The notes: generated by a model not told the origin, from the letters alone. 64,000 nucleotides of DNA from Eledone cirrhosa (GCA_964016885.1 OZ024741.1:14942001-15006000), one strand, 5' to 3'; shown: positions 1 to 14,858, counted from the first letter of the stretch. Translations and numbers: made by a program.

Positions 1-94
1 CACCACCACCACCACCACTAATACCATCACTACTGTTTCTCATTTGGTGATTTTCTCGATGTCGTTGTCAGCCATTTTAAATTGTGATAGTTGT

Positions 95-362
95 GTTGGT
101 GAGGGTGGTGGTGTTGTTGGTGTGTTGGTGACTGTGGTGGTGTTGGTGCTTTTGTGAGGGTGGTGGAGGTGGTGATGGTGGTGGGGGTGGGGTGAAGGAG
201 GCGGTGATGGTGGTGCTTTGGTGAGGGTGGTGGTGGTGGTGGTGGTGCTTTGGTGAGGGTGGTGCTGGTGGTGGTGGTGTTTTGGTGAGGGTGGTGGTGG
301 TGTTGGTGTGTTGGTGACTGTGGTGGTGTTGGTGTTTTGGTGAGGGTGGTGGTGGTGGTTGA
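95..362. repeat. (GGT)n-derived low-complexity repeat
   Basis: Degenerate GGT/GTT triplet runs. Confidence 0.9.
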
Positions 363-504
363 GGTAGTAGAGGTCCGGGGAGAGGTGTAGCTGTTTGATC
401 TTGTATTGCTTCATGCTTTTCATTAGCAATTATATACTAATATTACAACCCTAACGACCATCATTATCATTGCCGCCACTGCTTCTCTACCCCCCCCTCC
501 CTCC

Positions 505-1497
505 TTGCTTTCATCATCATCATCGTCGTCATCATCATAATTCCCGTCATTAGCATTATAAATATGTTCATAATCATCATCACCATCACTACCACCACCA
601 CTACCACCACCACCACCACTATCATCACCACCACCACCAACACAATCACCACCACCACCACTATCATCACCACCACTATCACCACCACCACCACCACTAT
701 CATCACCACCACTACCACTACCAACACCACAATCACCACTACCACCACCACCATCACCACTATCATCACCACCACCACCATCAACACAATCACCACCACC
801 ACCACCACTACCAACACCACAATCACCACTACCACCACCACCATCACCACTATCATCACCACCACCACCAACACAATCACCATCACCACCACCACTATCA
901 TCACCACCACCACCAACACAATCACCATCACCACCACCACTATCATCACCACCACCACCAACACAATCACCATCACCACCACCACTATCATCACCACCAC
1001 CACCAACACAATCACCACCACCACTACCAACACCACAATCACCACCACTACCACCACCATCACCACTATCATCACCACCACCACCAACACAATCACCACC
1101 ACCACTATCATCACCACCACCACCAACACAATCACCACCACTACCACCACCATCACCACTATCATCACCACCACCATCAACACAATCACCACCACCACTA
1201 CCACTACCAACACCACAATCACCACTACCACCACCACAACTATCATCACCACCAACACAATCACCATCACCACTACCACTACCAACACCACTATCATCAC
1301 CACCACCATCACCATCACCACTATCATCACCACCACCACCAACACAATCACCATCACCACTACCACTACCAACACCACTATCATCACCACCACCATCACC
1401 ATCACCACTATCATCACCACCACCATCACCATCACCACTATCATCACCACCACCACCAACACAATCACCAATACTACGTCTAGCATCATCATCATCT
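505..1497. repeat. (CAC/CAT)n compound trinucleotide repeat
   Basis: About 1 kb of CAC/CAT/CAA triplets with recurring 'aacacaatcacc' subunits; source of the poly-Thr and poly-Val ORFs. Confidence 0.95.
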
Positions 1498-1665
1498 AAG
1501 CAATACTATGGATATCAGAGCCAGTAAGTAGAGTGGTGGAGGTGTGAAGTTGGAGGCTAGTGGTGTGTCTGGTTAAATAGACAAGGACACGTGACTGCTT
1601 CATGTTTTATTGACCTCAGAGGAATTACAGCGGCCAGATTCCTGTACTGGTCATTTAATCTAAGA

Positions 1666-2290
1666 TAATAATGGTTTCTGATTTAGGCACAAGGCCAACG
1701 ATTTGGGGGAGAGGAGAAAGTCAATTAAATCGACACCAGTTCGTTACTGGTACTTTATTTTATCGATCGCATAAGGAAGAAAGGCGAAGTTAACCTCGGC
1801 GGAATTTGAACTCAGACCATAAAGGGGCGTGACTCTATGCTACAAGGCATGACGTCCGACCCTCTGCCGATACTGCCAATCCACCGCCCTTAATAATTGT
1901 TTCTACTTTTGGCACAAGGCCAGCAATTACCCAGTACATTACTGGTACTTTATTTTATCGACCACGTAAGGATGAAAGGCAAAGTTAACCTCGGCGGGAT
2001 TTGAACTCAGAATGGCAAGGGACGTAACTCTATGCCTCAAAGCATGGCGTCTGACCCTCTACCGACACTGCCAATCCACCGCCCTTAATAATAATAATAA
2101 TAATTGTTTCTACTTTAGGCACAAGGCCAGCAATTACCCAGAGCAGTACTGGTACTTTATTTCATCGACCCCGTAAGGATGAAAGGCAAAGTTAACCTCG
2201 ACGGGATTTGAACTTAGACCGTAAAGGGACGTAACTAAGCTGGAAAGCATGGCGTCCGACCCTCTACCGATACTGCCAAACCACCACCTT
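1666..2290 (-). mobile_element. Three tandem tRNA-derived SINE copies, family S1 (1666-1890, 1891-2085, 2098-2290)
   Basis: Minus strand reads GGCGGTGGATTGGCAGTATCGG (A-box-like) ... GAGTTCAAATCC (B-box) ... GCCTTTCATCCTTACGGGGTCGATAAAATAAAGTACCAG ... (ATT)n tail. The central block resembles a conserved domain of metazoan SINE superfamilies; the family name was not verified. Confidence 0.9.
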
Positions 2291-3483
2291 AATAATAATA
2301 ATAATGTTTTCTGGCAAGAATAGCAGGACAGAGTCAAACGACAGTAGACTTATAGGTAGCCATGTGTAAGATAATTGGATAACATCTATGACTTTAATTG
2401 GTCCTACTTGGAGATCCAGCCGGAGCATTAGGTTACTGTTTCTTCCAATAGGATCCTCTGGAAAATGTGTCAGAAGACTCTCTTCTAACAAGACTCTCTC
2501 AAGTATCAGTGGGCGTGATAAAACCATAATACCCGTTTAATTTATTAACTATAATACCCGATTAATTTATTAACTACAGGGACTAGTATATATATTACAA
2601 TAAATGTTGTAATACTAAGGTTTACAATACATTTGGAGTTGAACAAATAAAGTTATATATAATGGAAGCTATGGACAAAGGTGTCCTATTATAGACAAAT
2701 TTCAGATTTAGATTTAATATTACATGAAATAAACATAGAATTATTGTAGCACACAATACTTGACAAAAGGTATATTTTAATACATGGAAATCATTTAGAG
2801 TTGGCCACCTACAGACGCAAGTTATGTCAGAGCAGTCGTTATTTCTGCTCACATGTATATTATATATTTCCTAGGGATGACTGAAAACACACGTAAATAA
2901 ATCTTCGGTGATTTCGTTAATAAAGAAACCCACAACTTCTTCACAAATATACTTTATTATTTTACATATATATTTTTACTTCGTTGAAACTAAAAACTTC
3001 CGGATTCTCTCCGTAGAGATCACTCACTTTCCGCTCAATCCATATATTGGGTGGAAGTGTCTCCTCTAAATTATACGGTAAATTAAGCAGAGGACGTTTG
3101 ACTTTCAGAAAATTCCTAACATCTTTGTTTTTATTTTTTGCTTCTTTTTATTATTATTATTATTATTATTTTAACACATTTTCCATCTTCTTACCGATTC
3201 TCAAGTAATGGACGAGTTGAATCAACCTATTTAATATTTTTATAATAAAACGTAATCACTACTAAAAAATAAAACAATTCCCTGACAAAAAAAAAAAAGA
3301 CGTAAAATTACTTGGTTTAATTCCACATTTAGTCTTAATGTGAGTTTGATTATCGCTAAATATTACTCGAATTTGTTAAGTGAATATTTTCTGAAGTCTT
3401 AAAAGGAATAATGTTATAAAATATGTGTAGTATACATAACTTTGCCACAAAAATTGTAAATATTAATAATAAAAAACTTAACG

Positions 3484-3630
3484 GGCGGCGGCGGCGGCGG
3501 CTTCTTCTTCTTCTTCTTCTTCTTCTTCTTCTTCTTCTTCTTCTTCTTCTTCTTCTTCTTCTTCTTCTTCTTCTTCTTCTTCTTCTTCTTCTTCTTCTTC
3601 TTCTTCTTCTTCTTCTTCTTCTTCTTCTTC
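3484..3630. repeat. (GGC)n followed by (TTC)n microsatellite
   Basis: Direct observation; abuts the 3' break of the RTE fragment. Confidence 0.95.
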
Positions 3631-4170
3631 GACAGTCTAACCACATGTCCATAATATCGCAGTTGTCATCTCTTGATTCTCTATGTGGAGTGTCACCCTG
3701 ATCTTAAAGTTACGCACCTTATCAAGTAAAGTTACTCCAAAGACTTTTCAGGGGAAACCCATTTTGACCGCTGTTATGCGCGATCGCACTCTTTCGGTCA
3801 TTACCCAACACTCGTGACTATATGTAAATGCGGGCACGAACACTGAATTGAAGATAGCGAGTTTAACTTTTCCACCTACCCCCTTCTTCTGATGACATAG
3901 GGATGAAGCTGATTTATTATTGCACCTCAAGCAAACCTTGTATTTAATTCAGCCTCCTAGACGTGTGAAAACTGCCCAGAGGTACTTGAACTTATCCACC
4001 TGCTTCTGTGTAACTTCACTCACATTTAGAGTGCACTGCGCAGACTTTCTTTTGAGGATAAATGCCTCAGTTTTCATAGCATGGATTTCATTACTGCCGC
4101 GCAGCACTCAACAACAAATTTATCCAATGCATTCCGACAGCAATTCTTTATATCTTTCAAAATTGAGAGT
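3631..4170 (-). mobile_element. Degenerate RTE-clade LINE fragment (RT C-terminal region)
   Basis: Minus translations QVDKFKYLW and KLAIFNSVFVPAFTYSHECWVMTERVRSRITAVKMGF match RTE/Rex3-type motifs (FKYLG; PTLTYGHELWVMTER.RSRIQA.EM.FLR); stops and frameshifts present. Confidence 0.85.
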
Positions 4171-5562
4171 GCATTTAGCAAACGTATTTACAGTTGTTAG
4201 TCCTGTATCTAAACCCTATTGATTTGTCTGCGGAGAATAACTGGTAGACACTAGTTTGGCAGTGTATACCCGGTTTAAAAAAACAATTTCAGTAATTATG
4301 AAAATATTTGGAAGATACTGTAAAGGGTTGAAACATGGGAACAAGGTAACGATAAATTTGTCCTTCAGAACTAATGTTTTACCTCCATAAATCAGTATTT
4401 TGAAGACACATTTAACAATATAATTTCAATTGCTAGCGGGGACATCACATTCAAAAATTTGTTACCGTCATAAATTGAAATTTTCCATTGAACTCTTCCA
4501 AAGTTCCCTACGAATTAACTTTCCAGTACATTGTTTCATAATATTAAACGGTTTTCTTTCACTATTGTGGATATTCAACAGCTCTTATTTGATAAATTTA
4601 AAATTATATATTATTATTTTTTTTTATGTCTGTAGTGAATGAAAATATGAAATAATTTCATTAAGTTTGTTTATTACTTGAGAAGATTTGTTGAAAGCTG
4701 AAACATCAGAAGTTGAGAATCTGTGAGTTTCTCGTCTTACATTTTCTCAAGTAATCGTAGAAATTTTACAAAGTTGAAAGCAATCAGTTATATTTGATCC
4801 TGGGACAACTCCTATGGTACTTCTCTCTGGGATTATACAACGAACCACGCTGATAACAAACGATAAGAAAAGGTATTTATTCCACCAGCCAGCCCCGCTG
4901 GGATCATTATACAAGGAACATGAGTAACGATGTTTTGTAAATAGAAAATAGAACCATATATATCAAACAGTATTGATTTCGTGTTAGGCTGATCTTAATA
5001 GAAGTTCGTATGTAATAAAAGTTTCTAAATTAGGAACAGGGTCAGCAATTTAAGGAGAGGAAGGAGAGGAAAGTAGATGAAATATATTGGTACTTTATTG
5101 TATCGACCAATTAAGAAAGGCAAAGTTGACCGTTGTAAGTTATAAACACCAGCATAAATAGACGGAACAAATACCACTACCACACATATGCACATACATA
5201 CATACATACACACATACATACGCATATATATATATAAATATGTGTGTGTGTATGTGTATGTATATATATATATATACATATGGGTGTATGTATATATATA
5301 TAGACATACATACATGCATGTATATATGTATGTATCTATCTATCTACACACATATATATGTATGTATGTATGTATATATATGTATATACATGTATGTATG
5401 TATATATATGTGTGTGTGTATATGTGTGTGTGTAGATTTCTGAGTTGCGTCGAGTGGTAATCACAATTAAAAAAGGTACTCAATACATTGGTTAGGAAAC
5501 AGTTCTAGTCTTTACAAGTCTTACAATTTAGCCTGATGAAAATGATTATACACATATATATA

Positions 5563-5775
5563 GGGAGAGATCTGGAGTTCAATCGGGGGTAGCCACAGTA
5601 AATAAGGTACTCAATACATTAGTAGAGAGTGAAATGGCTTCTACAGGACTAGAACTGTTCCATTCGTATAAAATAATCAGGAGTGCCAGGTGACACGATA
5701 TGTTATTGATTATATCACCCAGTATATCTGATGATTTCATACAAATGAAACAGTCCTAAACATGTAGAAGCCCTT
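5563..5775. mobile_element. HHR element family H6, degenerate fold-back copy
   Basis: AAGGTACTCAATAC...CTTCTACAGGACTAGAACTGTT on the left and CTGATGATTTCATACAAATGAAACAG on the right; homologous to 41936, 52860 and 60822. Confidence 0.7.
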
Positions 5776-5780
5776 TATTG

Positions 5781-6303
<523 letters not shown>

Positions 6304-6369
6304 ATATATATATATATATAAATGAAAATATAAAAATTAATGTGAGCAAGAAGCCAACAGTATTTCATA

Positions 6370-6404
<35 letters not shown>

Positions 6405-6488
6405 CTGATATATATATGTGTGTGTGTGTAAGTTCGTGTGTGTGTTTGTGTTTTTGTGTGTATGTATGTATGTATGTGTGTTTGTTTA

Positions 6489-6519
<31 letters not shown>

Positions 6520-6644
6520 ATGTATGTGTATGTATGTGTGTATGTATGTATGTATGTATGTATGTATGTTTGTGTGAATATGTGCGTGCGTATGTTTATG
6601 TGTGTATGAGCGTGTGGGTATATATATATATATATATATGTAGG

Positions 6645-6684
<40 letters not shown>

Positions 6685-6746
6685 CGTATATATGTATATA
6701 TAAATATATGCATATATATATATAAAGAGAGTGAGAGAGAGCGCGG

Positions 6747-6851
<105 letters not shown>

Positions 6852-6887
6852 ATTAATTCATAAGTGTGTATAAATGCAAACAAAATC

Positions 6888-6976
<89 letters not shown>

Positions 6977-7204
6977 TGAAATATTTGCTGCCTCTCTCTG
7001 TCAGTGACAGCGAAAATATGAAGAAGGCGAAAGAGATGGTAGTGTTTGCAAACAGCGAATAGCTGTACCATTAGCTATTGGAACGGCAAGTTAATTGTCC
7101 GACCAATCACAGTAGCTTGAACATCTCACATTTGCCAGTTTCCATAGGATTGTTTCACTGTTTGATGTTGTCATTCGTCAAATATTTGGCTGTTGGAATT
7201 AACG

Positions 7205-7237
<33 letters not shown>

Positions 7238-7422
7238 TGTATGTATGTATGTATGTATGTATGTATGTATGTATGTATATAAGTATGTATGTATGTATGT
7301 ATGTGTGTATGTATGTATGTGTGTATGTATTTATGTATGATTGTATATATCTATACAGACACACACACAAATATATAGATGTATATATATATAAATAATC
7401 TCCCTCTATATATATATATACG

Positions 7423-7478
<56 letters not shown>

Positions 7479-7961
7479 ATATAAAATCAAAGATGGTTAA
7501 AAGAGTTCCATGTATTTTATTATGTGCATTTCAAAAACAAATATCATCATGGGATGATATTTGCGTTTTCATCAGATAAAATAGGGAGACATGATATGAA
7601 GCTTAAAAAACACTTGCGAGCAGTGAGTGTGAAATCAACATATGAAAAATAAAATAAGATGGATATATGAGATTGGAAAAAAGGAAAGGAAGGGGGGGGG
7701 GGGAGGTAAGGAAGAGGAAGAAAGAATATAGATAGAAAAAAATATAATAATAAGGAAAGCATGACGGAGGAGGAGTATATGAAGGAAGGATGAGAGAGTA
7801 GGAGAAAATGAGTGAGAGAGAGAGAGATATAACCTTTAATACTGAGAAAAATTTAATACAGAGAAAAATGAAAGAAAAACCGTTGTAAGATAATACATAA
7901 CTGTTGAGTGCTACTTATCCGATATTTGCATTGCTTTATTGTGCTACAATACAACCCACCT

Positions 7962-8001
<40 letters not shown>

Positions 8002-8096
8002 CATATATATTCACACACACACAAACACACACACATATATATATACATACACACACGCACACACACACACACACGCACATATATATATATATATAT

Positions 8097-8275
8097 AACG
8101 AAGGAGTTGTGGTAAGGAACCAGATGGACGATAACGCACCAGAGTACTCAATACTTAGGGTAGTAGAGTGGGAAATAGGAAAAAGTATAAACCCGACGGC
8201 AGAGTTCAAGCCATTTCGACGGCTATTTCTGGACTAAAGAAACGAGCTCTGCCGTCGGGGTCATACTTTTTCCTA
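8097..8275. mobile_element. HHR-remnant element family H5, fold-back copy
   Basis: GGTAAGGAACCAGATGG...GAGTACTCAATACTTAGGGTAGTAGAGTGGG...ACCCCGACGGCAGAG, then inverted CTCTGCCGTCGGGGTC; about 11 copies or fragments in the window. Confidence 0.85.
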
Positions 8276-8578
8276 TATATATATGTATATATATAATATA
8301 GATAGATAGATAGATATGTGTGTCTGTGTGTGTAGGCATACTTACATGAAGCATCAAATTCATTCACCTTCGGTGAACATAGCCCTGTGTATATCTAATT
8401 ATACGTATGTATGTGTATGTATGTGTGCATGTGTATATGTGTGTGTATGAGTATGAGCGTGTGAGTTTGTATTTGTTTATGTATCTATGGAGTTATATTT
8501 AAGTAAATCTCTCTGTAAGACCACGGTTAAAAGTATTCGTGCGACTGTTCATACAGAAATATACATATTTGCATATAT

Positions 8579-8656
<78 letters not shown>

Positions 8657-8692
8657 TTGTGCATTTACGTACACATTCACAAATACGCGCAC

Positions 8693-8736
<44 letters not shown>

Positions 8737-8763
8737 TTATATTCATATATATACATTTGTGTG

Positions 8764-8812
<49 letters not shown>

Positions 8813-9045
8813 ATGTATATATATAATAATAATATATATATATATAATAATGTTATATCATATATATAAATATTTCATAAGTGTGAGTGTGCTTAATATA
8901 ACCCCGCCCCCATCTACAGCCAGCGACTCCACCACCACTGCGATCAACAACCACCATATTAGGGGGTATATAGTCTTTGTATCCGACAGCTTCCACTCCA
9001 TTTACCTTTAGTTATTATACACATTTTCTCCGCATCACCTCCTGA

Positions 9046-9080
<35 letters not shown>

Positions 9081-9082
<2 letters not shown>

Positions 9083-9181
9083 AGAATGTGTATGCATGCA
9101 TATGTGTATTTAAATATTTATATATATATATATCATCGGTAAATACACATACCTTTTTTTATTCTTATATACATATATTTG

Positions 9182-9260
<79 letters not shown>

Positions 9261-9425
9261 TTGTACTGTGGGCATACGTATATACTGTATATATGTACAT
9301 ATATATATGTGTATGTATATATATATATATATATATATATAGATGTATACATATATATATACAAACATACATATATATATGTGTTTGTATACATGTATAT
9401 GGATACACGGTAGAATGTATACACG

Positions 9426-9481
<56 letters not shown>

Positions 9482-10120
9482 CATGCATAAAATCTTAAAT
9501 ACTTACATACATATATACATATACATATACAGACAAATATATACATGCATTTATACATATATTTACATACATACGTATTGGTACGTATATATGTACATAC
9601 AATATGGCCGAGGAAATACAGAAATGATGACACATGCAGGCCTCTATATTCAAACTAGAAATAGAAACCAAAATCCATCCTAGCGCTGTAAAAAAGACAG
9701 TTTAAATAGAAGCACCTGGAAAAAAAGAGGGGGTTACGGATGGAGAAACCTTAGATTAAAGGTCAATTGGATTAGGGTGAGCTGGAGCTAAATAACAAAG
9801 TCAAGAACATCAATAACAATAGCTTCAACATGGCGGTGAAAATACCTGAGCAGAATGCTGTCCCCCATCACAATTTTCTATACCGTGGAGTCTGCAGTAT
9901 GTTGCCTCCAACTATTCCCTATATATATATATGTGTGTGTGTGTGTGTGCGTGTATACATTCTACCGTGTATCCATATACATGCATACAAACACATATAT
10001 ATATATATGTATACATCTATATATTTATATATATATATATACATACACATATATGTATGTACATATATACAGTATATACGTATGCCCACAGTACAAACAC
10101 ACACACACACACACGTACAC

Positions 10121-10167
<47 letters not shown>

Positions 10168-10274
10168 CATATACAAATATATGTATATAAGAATAAAAGA
10201 AGGTATGTGTATTTATCGATGATATATATATATATAAATATTTAAATACACATATGCATGCATACACATTCTAC
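9081..10274. repeat. Inverted duplication; arms ~9081-9470 and ~9920-10274
   Basis: Unique anchors (GTAGAATGTGTATGCATGC, GTACTGTGGGCATACG, GGATACACGGTAGAATG) recur reverse-complemented in mirror order. Confidence 0.85.
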
Positions 10275-10674
10275 ATATTCAAAGATGCACGCACATAACC
10301 ACTTGCACACTCTCACACAGACACATCATATATATATATATAATTGTAGTATATTGTGTTGTGTGATGTGTGTGTGCAAGCGTAAACGCCTGCTCAGTGA
10401 GGCATATACTTGATCAGACCGTGGAGTCTGTATAGCGATGCGTGTATGTGTATATGTAAACCTTTACACGTGCATATATGCGTATGTTTGTATATTGTTG
10501 GCGCGTGAGGTGGGTGTACATTGAATGTATTACACACGCCTCATTTTCTCCTATGATGCATGTTTGCCTTTAACTGCAGATCGATAATTTCCCTCCCTCG
10601 CTCTTTCTATCATTCCATCTACCATTGTTGTCGAATGCCAGTCAATATACATACAAACATACACACATACTTAC

Positions 10675-10756
10675 CGAAACCTTGTAATATGATGGCTGCA
10701 GCCTGACTATTTCCGTCGCTTCCATACCAGTAATTTATGTTGGTTTGATTGTTCAT
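10675..10756 (-). CDS. Candidate first coding exon (MNNQTNINYWYGSDGNSQAAAIILQGF, phase 1) of an unknown gene
   Basis: ATG-initiated open frame in non-repetitive DNA ending at a consensus donor CG|GTAAGT; no homology recognised and no downstream exon found. Confidence 0.25.
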
Positions 10757-11294
10757 AGGCTGGTTTTGTCATGGTCATTGTTCTGAAGGACGGGCTTGGT
10801 TTTATTTTATGTCTGCTGTCGTGTGTGTTTGGTGGGTCAACTTATATTGACATTGGACAATATTTGTATGAGTTTGTGGTTGGAGTTGATTTACAGTCGC
10901 TCGGTTTGCGGTTAACTTACGGCAATTAACTATCATACATACCAACCTAAAGAAGTTTACATTTATGCTCCTATAATTTAACCCGGGTCAGACATCCACC
11001 AATATCAGTTGGCTGTTTTAAACGACAACACACAGACACATACACACATACATACACTTACTCAGACATACATACACACACATACACAGGCTCAAACAGA
11101 CATACACATACTCAGACACACATACACACACACATAAACAAACACTTTCTTACTCCCACATACATACAAACACGCATACACTCAAAATACACAGAGATAT
11201 GCTGAGACATTCACACGCGCACACACACGCACACATACAAACAAACACTCACATAAACACGCACGCACACTCAAAACACACAGAGATATACTCA

Positions 11295-11331
<37 letters not shown>

Positions 11332-11764
11332 ACACATAAACACGCACACACACACATTCAAGACACACACATTCAAAAACACACATTCGAAAACACACAT
11401 TACCAACATGCACACACTCAAAAACACACTCACTCAAAACCAACACTCAAAAGGACACACACTCAAAACCAACACTCAAATACACACCACGCAAGACAAA
11501 AAGACAAGTGTTAATCTTCCGTCAGTTGCGACAATTAATATTCCAGATATTCGACCACAAATTGTTGGGTTTTTTTATATATATAAAACGTTTTGTTAAT
11601 AACATTTAAAAAAAACCATAAACAAATCTACTTTCAAATTACAACAACACTTCAGATATTTAAAAACGGAAAATTAAGGTAAGGGCAAGGACTCTGGGAT
11701 CTCAGAAGAATGGGAAAAGGAAGGAGGAGGGTGATGGGCTCTGGGCCTTGGGCGTGTTGCTGTT

Positions 11765-11950
11765 GGGGCTACACTCCGTGTACAAGACCGCAAAAACATT
11801 TCCTTGGACAATGGCATGTGACACCGGCAGGACAGTCACCCCATCTGGCGGGTCTCCTTCTTCATACGGGCTACTGACGTCCCGATCTTGCGAAAGAGCT
11901 CAGCAGTATTATGTCCAAGTACACCCGAGATCTCGTCAGTGACCGGGGAT
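11765..11950 (-). mobile_element. CRE-like (RLE) non-LTR retrotransposon 3' fragment
   Basis: Minus translation EISGVLGHNTAELFRKIG...ETRQMG*L...VSHAIVQGNVFAVL fits the CRE-type C-terminus (ETSGVFG...QRLS.A..RGNA..IL). Confidence 0.7.
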
Positions 11951-12237
11951 ATTAATCTGACGCTGGTGGTGGAATATTCTATATACCCACAGCTGTAAAC
12001 TTAACACAATTTTCAGGGCGATTCAGCTTGATACAGTGTATGACAATGTAGACCCTTTCAAATGCATTTACAGATTATTTTGCGAACTGAGCAAACAGGA
12101 GCCACGTTAAATAAAATGTCTACCTCAAGGATGTCTCACTGCTGGGGATTGAACTCAGGTTCCTCAGCTGAACACACTAACCATTAAACTACACGCATTT
12201 AGCTATATATAGAATATATATATATATATATATAAAC

Positions 12238-12307
<70 letters not shown>

Positions 12308-12391
12308 GTGTGTGTATATTCATGTCCATATCTATATATATATGTGTATGTCTGCATGTATGTATGTATGTTTGAATTTATGTGTATATGC

Positions 12392-12427
<36 letters not shown>

Positions 12428-12430
12428 ATA

Positions 12431-12469
<39 letters not shown>

Positions 12470-12472
12470 ATA

Positions 12473-12544
<72 letters not shown>

Positions 12545-12780
12545 TAGTAAAAAATTGAACGGGAACAAAACAGAGAGGCAGTACGAACAAAGGTTTATTG
12601 GTTTCAGGCTCTTGAGAGTGGGGTGGTGGTGGGGAACGACGTTTCGGGCATAAGCCCTTCTTCAGGTGAAAAGTGTGTGGGAAGAGAGTTCCAAGGGTGT
12701 GTAGGGGAGAGGTGAAGAAACATATAGAAAAAAGGGGGTGAGAGGAAACGGTACAAATGAAATTAAATATAAAGGCATAA
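12545..12780 (-). mobile_element. Penelope-like pLTR fragment with minimal HHR
   Basis: HHR followed by AATAAA on the minus strand, within TA tracts; truncated sister copy at ~49505-49580. Confidence 0.7.
12634..12668 (-). ncRNA. Minimal type I hammerhead ribozyme
   Basis: AC-CTGAAGA-AGGGCTTATGCCC-GAAAC-GTC-GT; canonical core, GGGC/GCCC stem II, palindromic ACGT stem III typical of Penelope HHRs; stem I only about 2 bp. Confidence 0.8.
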
Positions 12781-12984
12781 TATATATATATATTCGTGTG
12801 TGTATATTCATGTCCATATCTATATATGTGTGTATGTATGCATGTATGTATGTATGTTTGAATTGATGTGTATATGCATGTGTATATATATATATAAGTA
12901 TATAAGTATATATATATATATACACACATGTGTTAGTCTGTCTATATCTATGTGTGTCTGCACGTTTATGTTTCGGTACATATA

Positions 12985-13018
<34 letters not shown>

Positions 13019-13075
13019 CATATATGTATGTATATATGAATGTATGTATGTATATATGTATATATATATACATAC

Positions 13076-13109
<34 letters not shown>

Positions 13110-13116
13110 ATATGTA

Positions 13117-13199
<83 letters not shown>

Positions 13200-13206
13200 A
13201 TATGTA

Positions 13207-13257
<51 letters not shown>

Positions 13258-13381
13258 TTATATATATGTATGCATGCCGTTTTCAATAGACATTATTCCA
13301 CTCTACTTCATCGTATTGTGTACCTTTTGCTTAATTGCACACACATCCCTGTCTACAGTATTCCTTTTATTCTAGAAAATG

Positions 13382-13454
<73 letters not shown>

Positions 13455-13469
13455 ATATATGGGTGTGTT

Positions 13470-13508
<39 letters not shown>

Positions 13509-13820
13509 AAGTGTGTGCAATATGTGTGTGTCTGTATGAGTTTGTGTGTGTGAGTCTATATGTGTGTGAGTCTATATGTGTGTGAGTGTGTGTGTATGTA
13601 CGTGCGTGTGTGAGGTTAATCTTATATTGTAATTCACTCCCTACTGGTCTCCGCACTTTAGACATCGGCCATGCTGGAGCCTCACCTCCATTTAGTCCAT
13701 CATACCGACACCAGTTCTTATTTTTTTCAAGTCTGCTACATTTTTCCTCCAACTGTTGGGTTACAGGTCATAAACATATATATATACATATATATATATA
13801 TTATATATATATATATTAAC

Positions 13821-13936
<116 letters not shown>

Positions 13937-14071
13937 TGGAATAAATGCTCTGAAATAGCGATATATATGTGAATATAGACATAGAATATTCGAAAATATT
14001 CTGTATGTTTATAATAAACATTTTGAAGACCTAATCGCTATAGAATAGAATACGTCACGTATTACAATTAG

Positions 14072-14160
14072 ATTCTCGATAAAAGCAAGGGAAGTAATCT
14101 ACGCGTTTCATTCTTATTAGAAATCTTCAGGACTACATATCCAGTGCTTTTATCGAGAAT
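14072..14160 (-). ncRNA. Type I hammerhead ribozyme (second minus copy at 14382-14470)
   Basis: Reverse complement of the 14770-14858 motif. Confidence 0.85.
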
Positions 14161-14769
14161 GACACAGCTAGAGACTTATAGAATACTTAGCTGTGTACAG
14201 GAACTGGTTTGAAAGAGCGGTTGCCGGTCCGGCAGAAATTAGAAATTGGAATAAATGCTCTGAAATAGCGATATATATGTGAATATAGACATAGAATATT
14301 CGAAAATATTCTGTATGTTTATAATAAACATTTTGAAGACCTAATCGCTATAGAATAGAATACGTCACGTATTACAATTAGATTCTCGATAAAAGCAAGG
14401 GAAGTAATCTACGCGTTTCATTCTTATTAGAAATCTTCAGGACTACATATCCAGTGCTTTTATCGAGAATGACACAGCTAGAGACTTATAGAATACTTAG
14501 CTGTGTACAGGAACTGGTTTGAAAGAGCGGTTGCCGGTCCGGCAGAAATTAGAAATTGGAATAAATGCTCTGAAATAGCGATATATATGTGAATATAGAC
14601 ATAGAATATTCGAAAATATTCTGTATGTTTATAATAAACATTTTTTTTCACATATATATCGCTATTTCAGAGCATTTATTCCAATTTCTAATTTCTGCCG
14701 GACCGGCAACCGCTCTTTCAAACCAGTTCCTGTACACAGCTAAGTATTCTATAAGTCTCTAGCTGTGTC

Positions 14770-14858
14770 ATTCTCGATAAAAGCACTGGATATGTAGTCC
14801 TGAAGATTTCTAATAAGAATGAAACGCGTAGATTACTTCCCTTGCTTTTATCGAGAAT
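14770..14858 (+). ncRNA. Type I hammerhead ribozyme (also 15080-15168, 15390-15478, 15700-15788, 16010-16098)
   Basis: GTAGTC-CTGAAGA-tTTCTaataAGAAt-GAAAC-GC-GTA^GATTAC; 6-bp stem I extended by a perfect 16-bp helix ATTCTCGATAAAAGCA/TGCTTTTATCGAGAAT; palindromic ACGCGT stem III; predicted cut after 14830. Confidence 0.88.

Noticed and set aside
40-429. His/Pro/Thr ORF ending MADNDIEKITK
   Set aside because: Mostly GGT repeat; the short unique parts are unrecognised
467-1499. 342-aa Val-rich and 311-aa Thr-rich (mucin-like) ORFs
   Set aside because: Open on both strands simply because CAC/CAT triplet repeats lack stops; no splice or domain evidence
2264-2527. 87-aa non-repetitive ORF
   Set aside because: No recognisable motif, runs into a SINE, and its length is compatible with chance
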